Assembly: GCA_951406725.2 (NCBI GenBank)
Contig: OX597830.1
Coordinates: 68,138,001 to 68,202,000 of the forward strand
Reading direction: 5' to 3'
Source: Octopus vulgaris
Taxonomy: Eukaryota
DNA: 64,000 nucleotides
Part shown: positions 38,922 to 51,657 of the stretch, piece by piece
How the letters are laid out: every line of letters begins with the position of its first letter
Numbering within the stretch: the first letter of the stretch is position 1
Made by a program: the position numbers and the translations under genes
The notes under the pieces: generated by a model
The model's input: only the letters and a program-made list of their open reading frames with translations
Told to the model about the DNA's origin: nothing
Databases searched by the model: none

Positions 38922-39203
38922 TGAAAGGCATGTTTGTTACAATCACTCGCCGAGACACGATGAGTGAAGCATTTGAGATTTTACAGAATGACTGAAAGCT
39001 TGGGGTGGGGAAGTGGCAGGGGCAGTAGCGAAATATCTTCACGTAATACAACACAGACATTTAAATTGATAGGGGGTTTCTAAGGATGTGGGCAGCACTT
39101 GTCAGCACAATCTCTGAGACATTGTTCTTCTGGGACATTATCTAAATGTTTCTGACATCTCTTTCCTATCATTCTTAGGGCACCTACAATAACAAGAACA
39201 GTG

Positions 39204-39550
39204 AAGGCGCATGGCTCAGTGGTTAGAGCGTCGAGCTTACGATCGTGAGGTTGTGAGCTCGAATCCCGGACCGGGCTGCGTGTTGTGTTCTTGAGCAAAG
39301 CACTTTATTTCACGTTGCTCCAGTTCACTCAGCTGTAGAAATGAGTTGCGACGTCACTGGTGCCAAGCTGTATCGACCTTTGTCTTTCCCTTGGATAACA
39401 CTGGTGGCGTGGAGAGGGGAGGCTGGTATGCATGGGCGACTGCTGGTCTTCCATAAACAACCTTGCCCGGACTTGTGTCTAGGAGGGTAACTTTCTAGGT
39501 GCAATCCCATGGTCATTCATGACCGAAGGGGGTCTTTACTCTTTACCCCT
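39204..39550 (+). mobile_element. tRNA-derived SINE inserted into a Dong/R4 3' fragment (39080-39780)
   Basis: A-box TGGCTCAGTGG, B-box-like GCTCGAATCCC, core GTGTTCTTGAGCAAAGCACTTTATTTC; flanks encode RLE motifs (NRPDIV.K, IDLSV..D.NI..KE..KLSKY, IVGAL). Confidence 0.8.
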
Positions 39551-40101
39551 TGATTTAAGATGCCACAACTTTTTCATTTCAATTTCCAGATACATTAACT
39601 TAATTTGTCAAATTCCTTTGCAGATATATTTTTATCGGTGAGAACACTTAAATCTATTAGACTACAAGTATTGTCTTCCTTGTCTTTATTAACTATGTCT
39701 GGTCGATTATACTGAATCGTTCTGTCGGTATTGACTGGAAAATCACAGTAGATAGTAACATTTTTACCTTCAGCAACTGGCTTGTTATTATTATTATTTT
39801 TTTCCCCTTTCTTCTTCAAATTTTCTTCCGTTTTTCGTCGAGTGTTTTCCGTACACCAGGGCAGAGAAGATCATTGTATGCATTCCCAGATTACACACGC
39901 AAATTCACAGGTAAAATATGTATTTAAAAATTAATGAATAAATAAATTCATGAATGGATGTTGTTTTCACAACGATAATGCTCTTCTCAGTACATGAGCT
40001 GTTCCAGTTAATACGATTTTTTGCACTTCCTGTAGGGATGGTAAGCCTGGTATCATTTTCAAATAGGTTTCAGTACCTTTTTTAATCATTCCTAGAGACC
40101 C

Positions 40102-40136
<35 letters not shown>

Positions 40137-42348
40137 GCCTTTGCACAGCTTCTAACACTGGAGATGTACTACAGTGTCAGCTGTTCACTACCAGTGAACT
40201 AACGTAACACCTCATATTTTTCGAGCACCTTCGGGAATAGTCGAGCGGTTCCAAGCAGTGCTGTTTTCTGCAAATGCTCCACCCGTATTGCAGCCCCTAT
40301 TTATTCCATGTACTTCTCAAGATCTTTGCTCACTGTTCCCAGGGCTACAACAATTATTGGGACTACTACCACCTTTTTCATTGACCACAACTACTTAACC
40401 TCCCTCCTAATTTCTACTGTCCCTAAATTTCTTCTGTATGCTGTCAGGTCCCTCCTCCAATTCACCATACTTTTTCCAAGCAATCGCTTAACATTCGATG
40501 CAATACCACTATAGGTTCATACATTCCATAATCCAAGAATGTGGGATCATGTCGTATGCCTTACGATAGTCGATCCATGACATGGCTAAGTTACTTTTCC
40601 TTCTCTTGTAGTCTCTAAGTACAGTTTTGTCTATCAGGAGTTGATCCTTGGTACTTCTGCACTTACGCTTGCAACGCTTCTGCTCATGTGGCAGGACTCC
40701 ATTTTTTCTAGGTGATCATACATTGACTCTGCAAGTATTCCAGTCAATAACTTCCACATAAGTGGCAAGCAGGATATCGACCTGTAATTGTCTACTGTAT
40801 TGCCTGTTTCGATGTTTTTCAGGCACAGCACTGTCCTACCTAATGTCAACCACCCTGGTGTTACTTGGTCAGCATTTAGCAAGGTGTTGAGTTGTGCAGC
40901 TATTCGTGCATGACATTCGCCAAATCTTTTGATCCAGTAGCCTTGAACTCCATCTGGTCCCGGGGCCTTCCAGCTGCTCATTTGTTTTGCTGATTTCCTT
41001 CACTTCCCTAACTGAAATGACTAGTTCTTCCTGTTTTGGACAGACTACTGTTTGTTTCAGTTCTTACAGCCGTTCAGCATCCTTCTTGTGTTCCTTGTCT
41101 TTGCTCCAGATGTCACTCCAAAATCTTTGACTTTCAATGTTATTTGGTATCAACATTTCATTTGTACACTCTCCATTTATTTCTTTGTAGAATCTCTTCT
41201 GATCTACTCTGAATAGCCTATTCTGCTGGTAACCCTTCATTCTTTGGTCGTATCTTACCGTCTTTAGTTTCTTTGCAACAAGGCGCTGTTTGAGTTCCTC
41301 CGTTACTCCTTTCAGACCCTTCCTTTCAATATTATACTTCCTTTTTAGCGCCCTGTATTTTTGTTTGCTTTTAAGATTCCCTTTCTCTTTTCGGTCTAAC
41401 ACAGAGATTTCCTTCGAGAGCATGTCTAACCCTGCTTGGATTCTTCTTTTCCACCATGGATCTTTTCTTTTGTCACTCCCATTATATTTCTTTTTCTTGA
41501 CATCAACACACGCATTTTCTGCTACAACAATACTTGCTGCCTATTATTTGTTTCTGTGACATTGTTTTTTCTGATGTATTTCAGAATTTCATTGACATTT
41601 TTCGTTTCTTGGTTCAATTTCCACCAATCAACCTTTTTAAGGTTGCAAATAATGTCGCTATCGTTCTCCTGCAGTCTTGCATTTATTCTGTTGTAGATTG
41701 CCTTTTTTCATCTGTCATGTTGCCATTAGTTTTATTGTCTTCTTTTAGATCATCTATATGTCACTCATCAAGTAAACTTCCACTGCTCCCTTCCTGTGAT
41801 ATGAGATTACTTTTATTAGTAAGAACTGTATTTTCATTGTTATCTCTGCTGTTATTTTCATGACCCATCTTTTGATAGCTTCGAGCTCTACTTCTGTGAA
41901 CCAACGATTTTTCCTTATTGCATTAGCTTGATCACATAATCTCTATTCCGTGAGTTGAAACAATTCCTTTTCTCTCCAATGATAATACCTACGTTGTTGG
42001 TGACCCCTAATTTGAGAACCATATTCATCTACCGGGCTGCTAAGATAGTAACACTCCATGACCACAGCATTAATTTGCATGCTCCATCTACGCCGTGTGT
42101 GGTGGTCCCTTTCTGGATATCGACAGGCTGGAGCCAGACCAGAATCTCTAAGCCCGCCAGGTGTACCACTCTCACCATCATTGGCTTCAGTTTCATTACC
42201 ACCGTTATTCACAATATTTTGTTTTTTCATTGTCGCTCATTTGCAGTAGCGATTATCAGGTTGCGCAGTTACCAGTGTTTTTATTGTGACACCATCACTA
42301 GATGCATCATTAATCAGCCCGTGAGGAGGCTCCACCTATTTCCTTTCA

Positions 42349-42350
<2 letters not shown>
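40137..42350 (-). mobile_element. Dong/R4-type LINE with internal deletions, both ends in (ATT)n
   Basis: [72 protein letters not shown]. Confidence 0.9.
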
Positions 42351-42379
<29 letters not shown>

Positions 42380-42799
42380 CATCATCGCTGATATCACAGT
42401 TATTATTGTTTTTATGTGTAGTAGCAGCAGTGGTTGCAGCAACAGCAGCAGGGGTGGAGCAGTGGTAAGTTTGGTAGTTGGGTTTCAGATTCTTGTGCTA
42501 TCATAATAGTAGTAGTTGTAGTATCATTGTAGTGTTAGTAGTATTTAGTATTAGCAGCTGCAGCATATTATTATAATTTTTATTTTTATCATTATCAACA
42601 TCACCACCACTACCATTGTTATTCTCATTATTACTATTTCCATTGATTATTAAAAGATTTTACTAAACGTTCTTTATTTTCAACTTTTGTCTTGTACTTA
42701 ATATAATCATAAATATATCATTGTTGGAGGAAATAATAGGGTAGCATTTTAGTGAATAGATCATATTCTACAGGTGTATAATTAGATTCGGCAGATGGT

Positions 42800-43640
42800 G
42801 TGGAGGATAGGTATTCACACAGTAGTTGTAGATATTAAAGTCTTTTCTTAAAGCTGATCGTTTGTGTGTTCGAAAGCTGTAGGTATGTAAGTTTCCTAGC
42901 TTATTTTATTTTGAGGGAGATTTAAAATATTCACAGGAAATTGTAGATATTCCCGTCTTTGGGAATAGTAGGAGGAAGAGATGTTCACCTTGTTGGATTT
43001 TTGAATTTCCGAATTTATTTTTCTTTTAAACAGTTTTGCTGTGGTTTACAGTTTTTGTAGTTGTGCAGTATGTATATATTGGCAGGTGCTTACTTACTTA
43101 ATTTTTTATTTTGCATTTAATTGTGTTGTTACAATAAAAGGCATGTTTACATATTCTGTTAGTCAGGGAAGAAGGAAAGACAAAATGTTCACACAAAACT
43201 GGAGATATTAACGTTTCTAAATTTTCTGAGGTGTTCGTTTGTATGTCCGTTCAGAGAAAACTGTAGTGTTTTTTTTTCTTCATTAAAAGTATGGTTACAT
43301 TTTTGAATATTCAGGGAAAAAGGAACGGAAAGAAAAGGAAGGTAAAACTTTTTCACAGAAAATTGAAGATTTGAAATTTTAAAAATTTACTGGAGATGAT
43401 GTTTTGTCTGTCCGAACAGAGAAAACTGTAGTGTTCTTGAAGTAAAGAGGATGTTTACATTTTCGAATACTCAGGAGGAAAGGAGGAAATGGTAGGTATT
43501 CACAGAAGTTGTAGATATTAAAGGTTTTAAAGCTGATTGCTTATGTATTCGAAAGCTTTAGATATGTAAGTCCCTTAACTTATTTTCAGGGAAATTCAAA
43601 ATACTCACATGAAACTTTAGATATTCCAGTCTTTTAGAGT
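42800..43640. repeat. Degenerate tandem array of ~150-bp units
   Basis: 42808-42960 matches 43493-43634; 43143-43270 matches 43290-43435. Confidence 0.7.
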
Positions 43641-43937
43641 TATTTTTCAGTTGTCCTTCTGGGTTGTATTAGTGTTTCTGTGTCTTCAGCTGCTGACAGC
43701 TCAGTGCAGCGAAGAATACGTCCAGCCGCTTCATCATCATCATTATTATTATTGAGTGAGAGAGCAGTGCATGCCATCAAAGTGACACTGAGGTAAAATA
43801 TACGAAGCCAGTATACCCATCATGACTACTCGTCTGATAAGATACACCAGGCACATGCATCACAACCGTATGTGCATGACATGGTGATCTCATATCAAGA
43901 TAAGCAATGCATGATCTTGCAGGTGGGGCCCAGTTAG

Positions 43938-43938
43938 A

Positions 43939-44023
<85 letters not shown>
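43938..44023. repeat. (ATT)n(AGT)n microsatellite ~30 bp from an exon donor
   Basis: Direct reading. Confidence 0.95.
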
Positions 44024-44053
44024 TTCACAATAAGTGTGCTAAAACCTTTTTAC

Positions 44054-44234
44054 CTGTTGTTCTTGCAGCTTTAACTAAACTATGCCCAAGAGCTTCTTTA
44101 GCAGGTTCATTCAACTGGACGTCTTCTCTTCCCCCAATCACAGAAATAAGTAAGTTTGGCAATGAGAAATTCCATTGATATATTATCAAATTAATTATAA
44201 TATCCATGGGGGTTTGGTGATCCACACGAACAAA
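44054..44234 (-). CDS. TRPM: TRPM-like module A exon 3 (FVRVDHQTP...WNFSLPNLLISVIGG...SLVKAARTT)
   Basis: 181 nt, phase 0 to 1, GT-AG; matches YVRV..DT.....W.L..PNLLISVTGG...GLVKAA.TTG. Confidence 0.97.
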
Positions 44235-44544
44235 CTATATGTAAAAAAAACCCATTTAATTAATGTTCCTTAATGTTTGATACAATGCGAAAAATACATT
44301 CAAATACTGGGGAATTTGGTGAACAGATTTCATTGTGATGATTTAACATTTGTATTCATAATATTGAGAATTGCGTTATTTGACATTAAGTATTTTAAAT
44401 GTTGTGGGTTTGTCCTGTCACAGGGGAAGTCAGGAAAATTCAAGCAGCAATTTCAAGGATTATCAGCCATAAATGTTATTGTCATAATCATTTATTATAT
44501 GTTCATTATCTTGTTATATAAGTTGAATATTGTAACAGATTTTA

Positions 44545-47500
44545 ATGTTTCTCTCATACGTAGAGTTTAGCCATGTCCGGTTGCTTCAAGCTCTTGCTTG
44601 TTGTGGTTGAGATCCTCCCAGGTAAGTGGTTACAGAGACATCACCATGCGTAGAACCGACCAGGTCTACCAGTGCTCTATCACTGGCTGTCCCGTAGCAG
44701 CCCCTAATGCATCCTCCACGGTGACGTCAGTATTCTGGACATATCCTCCAACCACATCCAGCCATAATGAGGCTTCTCCTAGTCTACAGCTTCAGGATCG
44801 AATGGGAGTAAAACCCAGGTAGGAGGATATAGCAGGAGATGGAGGAAACATTCGTATCAGTGAATTCGATGGATAGCTGTGAGGTGGGAAGCTGTGGGCT
44901 GATGCATGCACACACGCAGTTCTTTGTTGGAAACATGATGGTACCATTTGATGTTCTCAAATATTCTGCTATCGACGTCACCAATCTTCTTTGCCAGGTC
45001 TTTTGCGAGGGCCGATGCGTTGTAGATAGAGAATTTCGTCTTGAGGAAGATAGAATAATGGTGTCAAAGGGGCTTCCATAGGGAGTACATGACCCCAGTG
45101 ACCAAACCACATCTGCGATTGATCTCCATTGTTGGGCTCAGATAGATGAAGGAGTTGACAAACTTCACGACGTCAGGGTCAATAGGGAAGAAGAGGGTCT
45201 GAGCTATCAACTACATGCATCAGCATGGTCTCCGCCCATCTCACCTGATAGCCAAGCTTTGCTGATTCTCTGCATATTGTCAGTGCGTCCCTTAGCTCGT
45301 CAATCGAGTTGCTGAATAGGGTGGTGTCGTTCTCATACTCCAGGTCGGTATGATGGTAGTTTCAGAAGGTCACACCAGAAACTCACTCACCAAATAATCG
45401 ATGACATAGATGATGAGGTCGAGACCGGCCACGCAGCCCTGTCTCTTGCTCTTGAGGAGGAACCAGTCAGAATCATTCCCGTTCACCTAAACCCAGCTTT
45501 CGGTACTGCTATAGAGCTACTAGAACAGGGTAGTGATCATGGGAGACACACCGTCGAGCTCGAGAATTTTCCAGAATGATGCATGGTCGACCGTGTCCAA
45601 AGCCACCTTAAGGTCGATAAAGGCGATGTAGAGGTGGAGATCTCTGAACTACGAGACGAAGTGCAAAAGTATGGTCTGCAGAAGATCAACACGGTATGAA
45701 TCTGGCTTATTGTGAATGGTGTATGCTTCTAATGACAAGAAGAGATCCAGATGAAGGGCTTACTGGGGATGGAAAGGAGAGTGGTGCCACCGTGGTAGCT
45801 GCAGACGAGTTTGTTGCCTTCCGCTTTCTGACGCAGAGGATGATACTCTGAGTTCAGTCATTTAGGAGCTGCTCGGATACCCATAGATGGTCGATAATGT
45901 ATCTGAGCCATTGAGTCATGTTTTCTCCATCCGGCCAGAACATCTCCGCGGCCACAGTGCAGATTCCTGGGTGTTTGAGGTTTTCGATCTTCTTCAGGGT
46001 GACACTGACTTCATCAGAGTTAACAGGATCGAGTCTACAAGTGTCGTTGGTTGGGGCTGTGTGTGCAGTGATGGTTAGACTGGGATCGATTTGGACAGAT
46101 ACGTGACAGAGAAAGCCGAAATTCTCCTTCCAGTGTTCGAAGCAGGTGGTTTCCATGATGTCTACATTTCATTGGTATCCCTCGCTGAGGTGGTCTTTAA
46201 GTAGAGACTGGTACAGTCTCTGCGGAGCATATTGAATATCAGACTGATCTTGTTATTCTTTGCTGCTACATCCAAGTGCTCGGCTTCTCCCGCCCAGAAC
46301 TTCTCCCAGTTTTCTGAATGGAGTCGTCGCATATCCAGTTGGGCTGGTTGTTTTCATTTGTGTTACTGCATAGGTGAGCCTCACTGCAGCAGTTACTTCT
46401 GTACGACCTCCACAGTAGGATCAAGGGTCGCTTGAGAAGAGGTAATAAGTTTACCAGGACATCACCTTCTAACTTTTGACACTTGATTTGAAAATTTCTC
46501 AGTTGGTAGTCTCATTTTTGGACACGGAAGTGAAGTGATTGTTGTTAAATCACGCAACTGTTGAGGCAATGTTGAGATTACAGACACAAAATGAATCAGG
46601 CCATTGCTGGTACTTTGAGACAGAGTCAGCTCGCAACTTCAACGCGAGTGTCGCCACCAGCAATCGATAGTAGATATTGCCGAGTTGATCTTCTCTATAG
46701 AGTCGGCAGCCAGTGAGAAATGACCTCTAGCAGCGGAGATGATGATGTAGTTGATCGCCCTCTGTGTTTAACAGTCCGGACTGTACAAAGTCCTGTGATG
46801 ATCAAGTCTGCTGGAGGAAAATGTGTCTGCAATATAGAAATTGTTGTTGCGGCATTGGAGCAGGAGGCAATTACCAATAGTTTGAGTCTGGAATAAGCTT
46901 GTCGAAGGGAACCTGGCAGAAGAGATGGCAGCACTGATGTCCGTCTGGGGGGTGGGGTGATATCGTGGTGGGGACTGGTCCTAAAACTTTTGGAGTTGGT
47001 TGCAGTAGTCGCCCTTGACTGTCTTCTCTGCGAAGTCTGTGGGGTATAGGCAATGATGAAAACAGGTGGACAGCAAACGATCATTCACCGGGTTCCATCC
47101 TATGAGTAATTGCGGATGTACTTGGGCACGACTAATTCCACACCACAGAGACCTGTTCTGTCGTCGGGGCCTCTCTAGAAGAAACTCCTGGAATAGCAGA
47201 ATGGCTTCTCCTGGACGAATGAGCAACAAGACATTCCATTTAGTAGCATGTCTTTTGTAGCGTAAGTTGATTACTCATTGGTCGGTGACATGCATGTGTC
47301 TGTTCCGATGTTGGACAGTCTGGTTTCTTCAGACGGATGATGGTCCTGCTATCTTGGCGATGTGCCGACACACTGTGGGACACAGTTAGTCTGGAACCTT
47401 TCCAGAAGTCTTGTCTCCTGCATGATGTAGCCATACCAGCATCAAACGGTTAGATTCTCTTGGATCTAAACTACATATAAGCTACTCTGGCACCATATGG
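44545..47500 (-). mobile_element. Degraded near-full-length RTE-type LINE (APE + RT)
   Basis: IIAYTP, TTLLSIPSK, FIDLKVALDTVDH, RQGCVAG, DLEYENDTTLF and FVNSFIYL remnants with many stops. Confidence 0.8.
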
Positions 47501-48079
47501 CCAGACCTTAGAATTAGTCATGAATATAAAATTTAGAATTAGCCATTTCTTGATGCAATTATTTTCTACAAAATTTTCTGTAATCTCTGTTCTTGTAATA
47601 CTTATTCCAATAGTTCTGCCACAACAGAATAAAATTCTAATATCAATGAGGTATATCGTTGAGAATAATTATAATTCAGTTAAGATCGACATAATTCATT
47701 ACATCATTACAATAAAATAGACTATTGTCCAAGTGGTAGATACAAGAATCAATAATTACATAGACACAAAACATAAGTACATGCATGCGTGTGAACATAC
47801 GTACATACATAAATACAAAGAGAATCTGGATAAACTGAGATTTTCCGAAAGAACTTTTTGACTGGCTGATTCGTAGATTGCAAGTTCAATCTGTGAGTGG
47901 AACAGTAAAAATATGCAAGACTTTTCTCAAGTTCCAAATGTGAATTTGTCTGTGTTAACTACATCCCGAAGATGGAGCCTGGTATCTTTGTTGGAAACCG
48001 GCTCCTTTCTCAATAGAAAAATTATAATAATTCATAATAATGCGTGTATATATATATATATATATACATACATATGTAC

Positions 48080-48226
48080 GACAGGCTTCTTTCAAAGCTC
48101 CTTTCAGGCCTTGCTTGGCCCGAGGCCATAGCAGAAGATACTTGACCAAGGTGCCTCGCAATGGGACTGAACCGGAACCATGTGGTTGATAAGCAAGCTA
48201 CTTATTACACAGTAATTCCTGCGCCT
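48080..48226 (-). mobile_element. tRNA-derived SINE 5' fragment
   Basis: Minus strand GGCGCAGGAATTACTGTGTAATAAGTAGCTTGC...GGTTCAGTCCC...CACCTTGGTCAAG. Confidence 0.75.
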
Positions 48227-48264
48227 ATATATTTATATATATGTATATATATATGTGTGTGTGT

Positions 48265-49190
48265 ATTTAGTAACAGAAAGGGTGGAATTTCAATTATCCT
48301 CACGTGGTAAGCTGTAATATATATAAGAAATTAAAGAAGGAAAATGCACACACTTTACATAGTTTTAGTTTTTTTAAAATATATTTTATGTTGTTTGTCG
48401 ACTGGTTTCGTTTTAGCTAATCATGACATTAAAATTATTTTAATTACGTATTTTCTTAAGAAAATTTTCTTTATCTATGTGTGTGTAGTTTATGAATGAA
48501 TGATTCAACAAGCATAAAATTCTAAGGGGAGGTAATTGGTGATCGTTATCATTGTGGACAGGGAAGATAACTGTTCATTTTCAGTGCCGGGGGAGGGAAA
48601 TATATACACAAAATTTCAAAAGCTAGAGTAGTGGGGAGAAATATGTACAGTGATGGGAATGCAATCGTGAGTCAAAATATGTATAGAGAACAAAGCTGGT
48701 TATGCGTGCATATTTAGATGTTCTGTATTTTTCGTTGAATAATTTTTCTTTATTTGTATAGAAATTGTATCGTTGCGCTGGAAGAAGGGAAAAACTGTGA
48801 AATCTGGTTTGATGTTACCTGCACATCTCTCCATTCCTCTTAAAGGAATCTGTCTGTATTACGGGAATCGGATCTGTTCTTTATGTAGAGTGGCTCTCCA
48901 TCTCAATGTCATACTCGTTCTATATAGTTATGTCCACAATCCGAGCAGGTTATTACATAAATTAGATTCTCAGAGGCATAAGTAAAATTGATTTAAATTG
49001 TGACCCTCTCTCCTTGTTTGGAAAGGAAATTCGAGCCTTCAAGTAGATTGGAGTATGTTGCACAGTTTGGGCGTTTATATTTTTAACCATTGGTTTCGTA
49101 GTTGTTGTGTAAAGCTTTGCAATTGTTAGAAGTCACTTTAGCGATTTGTGTTGCTTTTTGCATTTCATGAATTTATGTGTTTTAGGATTT
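48265..49190 (-). mobile_element. Degraded Penelope-like element 3' part (GIY-YIG) with decayed hammerhead
   Basis: FTYASENLIYVITCSDCGHNYI...TLRWRATLHKEQIR...CAGNIKPDFTVFPFFQ; bounded by (TA)n; hammerhead relic at 48396-48428. Confidence 0.75.
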
Positions 49191-49545
49191 ATATATATAT
49201 AAGGCGGACAAAACACAAACCCTTCGAGTAGATGGCCCTGCTTGATCTGTAGAAAAGGCGTAGGTAGAAAATCTATAAGATGTACCTGTTGTAAGCTATA
49301 GACACATAAGAGGTACAGCAATATCAAAGGAAAGTTACATGGGAAGATAGTTTCTGTGTGTGGAAGTTGCACAAGTGCAATAAACAACGAAAATGCACAG
49401 AAGAAAACAGATTCCATCACATGCCAGGGTAACAAACTTGAAGTAGTTGATAGCTTCTGTTACCTATGTGATATGTGACCAAGACAGTAGTAGGGGTGGA
49501 TGCTCTGTGAGTGTATCTGCTAGAATAAGAATATTCTGGAGAAAG

Positions 49546-49546
<1 letters not shown>

Positions 49547-49623
<77 letters not shown>
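49547..49623. repeat. (TA)n microsatellite following an RTE RT fragment (49210-49545, +)
   Basis: Direct reading; LEVVDSFCYL and GGCSVSVSARIRIFWRK lie upstream. Confidence 0.85.
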
Positions 49624-49625
<2 letters not shown>

Positions 49626-50915
49626 CAGAATTTATTTGGGATTTGAAAATGCATCTAAATCTCAAATTGTGTGGGTGTTTCAAAATTTTGTAATACATTT
49701 ATTCAAATATCAAGCTGGTTCAACAACGTTTTGCATATCAGTGGTAAAAATAAATAAATAATACAAGGTTTGGGTAAGTTTATATGTACAAAGCAAAATT
49801 CGGAAAAACTTGTTTAAACGATCAAATTTTCGGATGTTCACACAAATTCCAATGAGTTTCACAGAGCCAGAATGTAATATAAGTCTAAATTTTCGCTGAA
49901 GATCATAAGAAATATCCATGATTGAAAGTTTAGTCATACCGAGGTTTTATAAAAATGACTAAATTGTTAATCATGTATATTTGTTTTGACCTTCATTAAA
50001 TATTTACACTGTGCTACTATTGCAAGACTTGTGTTTCTATAATTTGCACTAATTACACTGTATGGAATTTCTAACAGCACCTTTGTACATGGTTTGTATG
50101 GCTATCAACTGCCAGTTTCCTCTGTGACCACCAGATCAGAGAGAGTAAGGATCTCTGTCAAAGGTTTTCTACAGGTCATTGAACACAATTTTAGCCAGAT
50201 ACTTCTCTTGCACTTATCTCACCCAAACAGGACATTTTTAATACTTGTCTATAGAAAGCAACCAAACCAAACTATATCTCATCTAGTCTAACTTTTCTTC
50301 TAATAACTTGATCATTCGTTGTTTCCATAACTTTTGTACCATTGTCCAGCAGTTTGATACTTTGTATATTTATCTTTTTCTAGCATCTGCTTTACCATTG
50401 CAACAGTTGGCTGTTATGCTGTAATGTCATTCACTGGGAATCTCACCTTCATCTATAATCTGATTCACTATAGAAGTAACAAAGCCATATCCCATACAGC
50501 CAAGTATTTTAAACATTATAGCAATCGTTCCAAACGGTTCATGGAGATTCCCATGCATTTATATTCTTCAGTGCTGCCAACTAGAAAGACTAGATCCTCT
50601 GTTGAGTCCATATTGAGAAGACCTTTTTTTCACTACAATCACCACATATAATAACCTTTAATGATAGCTCTTTTATGCTTCTTTCTTTTCTGAATCACTA
50701 AGTGTATGTGTATTACTAATAATTCATACACACCAATATGAAATATAAAAACCAACTGTACAAAAAAGAAAAGGGTATGTAAAAACATTCACAAAAAGCA
50801 TTTAAAACGTTGCTGCTATACAAATACATTGCCGAAATCATGAACTGATTATTCAATAAAATTTCTACAGACAAGTATTATCAATAAAAATATTTAAAAG
50901 CATTAAAACAATTAC

Positions 50916-51000
50916 CTTTGCAATTTTCTGATCATGTTCTACAAACTTTACCTCACCAAATGCATCACAGGGATTTGATGCCTCTTCGTCTCTAAGGTTT
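50916..51000 (-). CDS. TRPM: TRPM-like module A exon 2 (RNLRDEEASNPCDAFGEVKFVEHDQKIAK)
   Basis: 85 nt, phase 2 to 0, tttgtctttgatag acceptor, AAG|gtaatt donor; TRPM PTDAFG.I.F motif. Confidence 0.93.
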
Positions 51001-51624
51001 CTATCAAAGACAAACAAAAGCCAAATGAACAATTGGAGTAAATTTGTGATGGGGAAGGTAGAAAAAGGAAAATGACAAAATCAAGAGATAAAGAACAACT
51101 CCAATGAAAAATACAAATATTCACAGATATAGAGATATAAATCTATACACAGAAATGGATACTTATCTTTCAATTTAGTTGAATAAAACAATGATTAATT
51201 TTAAATAAACTTAAAAGGAAAAGCAAAGAAACATTTTGCCATCAGAAGTAAATGGAGAAAAATGAGGCACACTGGGGAATAGTGATTCCACATCTGGGAT
51301 GATGCTGCCCTTACACATACAGGTCTCATAAGACCACATCAAGAAAGAAAAAAGGTGACTCATCTGACTGGCATGAAGTCACTTACCAATACACACTAAA
51401 TTCTGACCTATAGTTGTGCTGTGTCCTCTCTTTGCCTTTTTTACCACTACACAATAGCCTCTGCCCCACAGAACTGGTTGCTCTCTTTCCACCCTATCCA
51501 GGTACCACTGATACACAGATCTCTTTGTCCATTAGACTTGATCCCCACACTAACAATATAAAAATTGAATTAAGTAGGTGTGAAAAGAAACTGCATGAGA
51601 TGTCCGGTGGTGTGTCTCCTTTTA

Positions 51625-51657
<33 letters not shown>

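Noticed and set aside
39204-39276. tRNA-like sequence with A and B boxes
   Set aside because: No proper acceptor stem and it continues into a SINE body; it is a SINE head, not a tRNA gene
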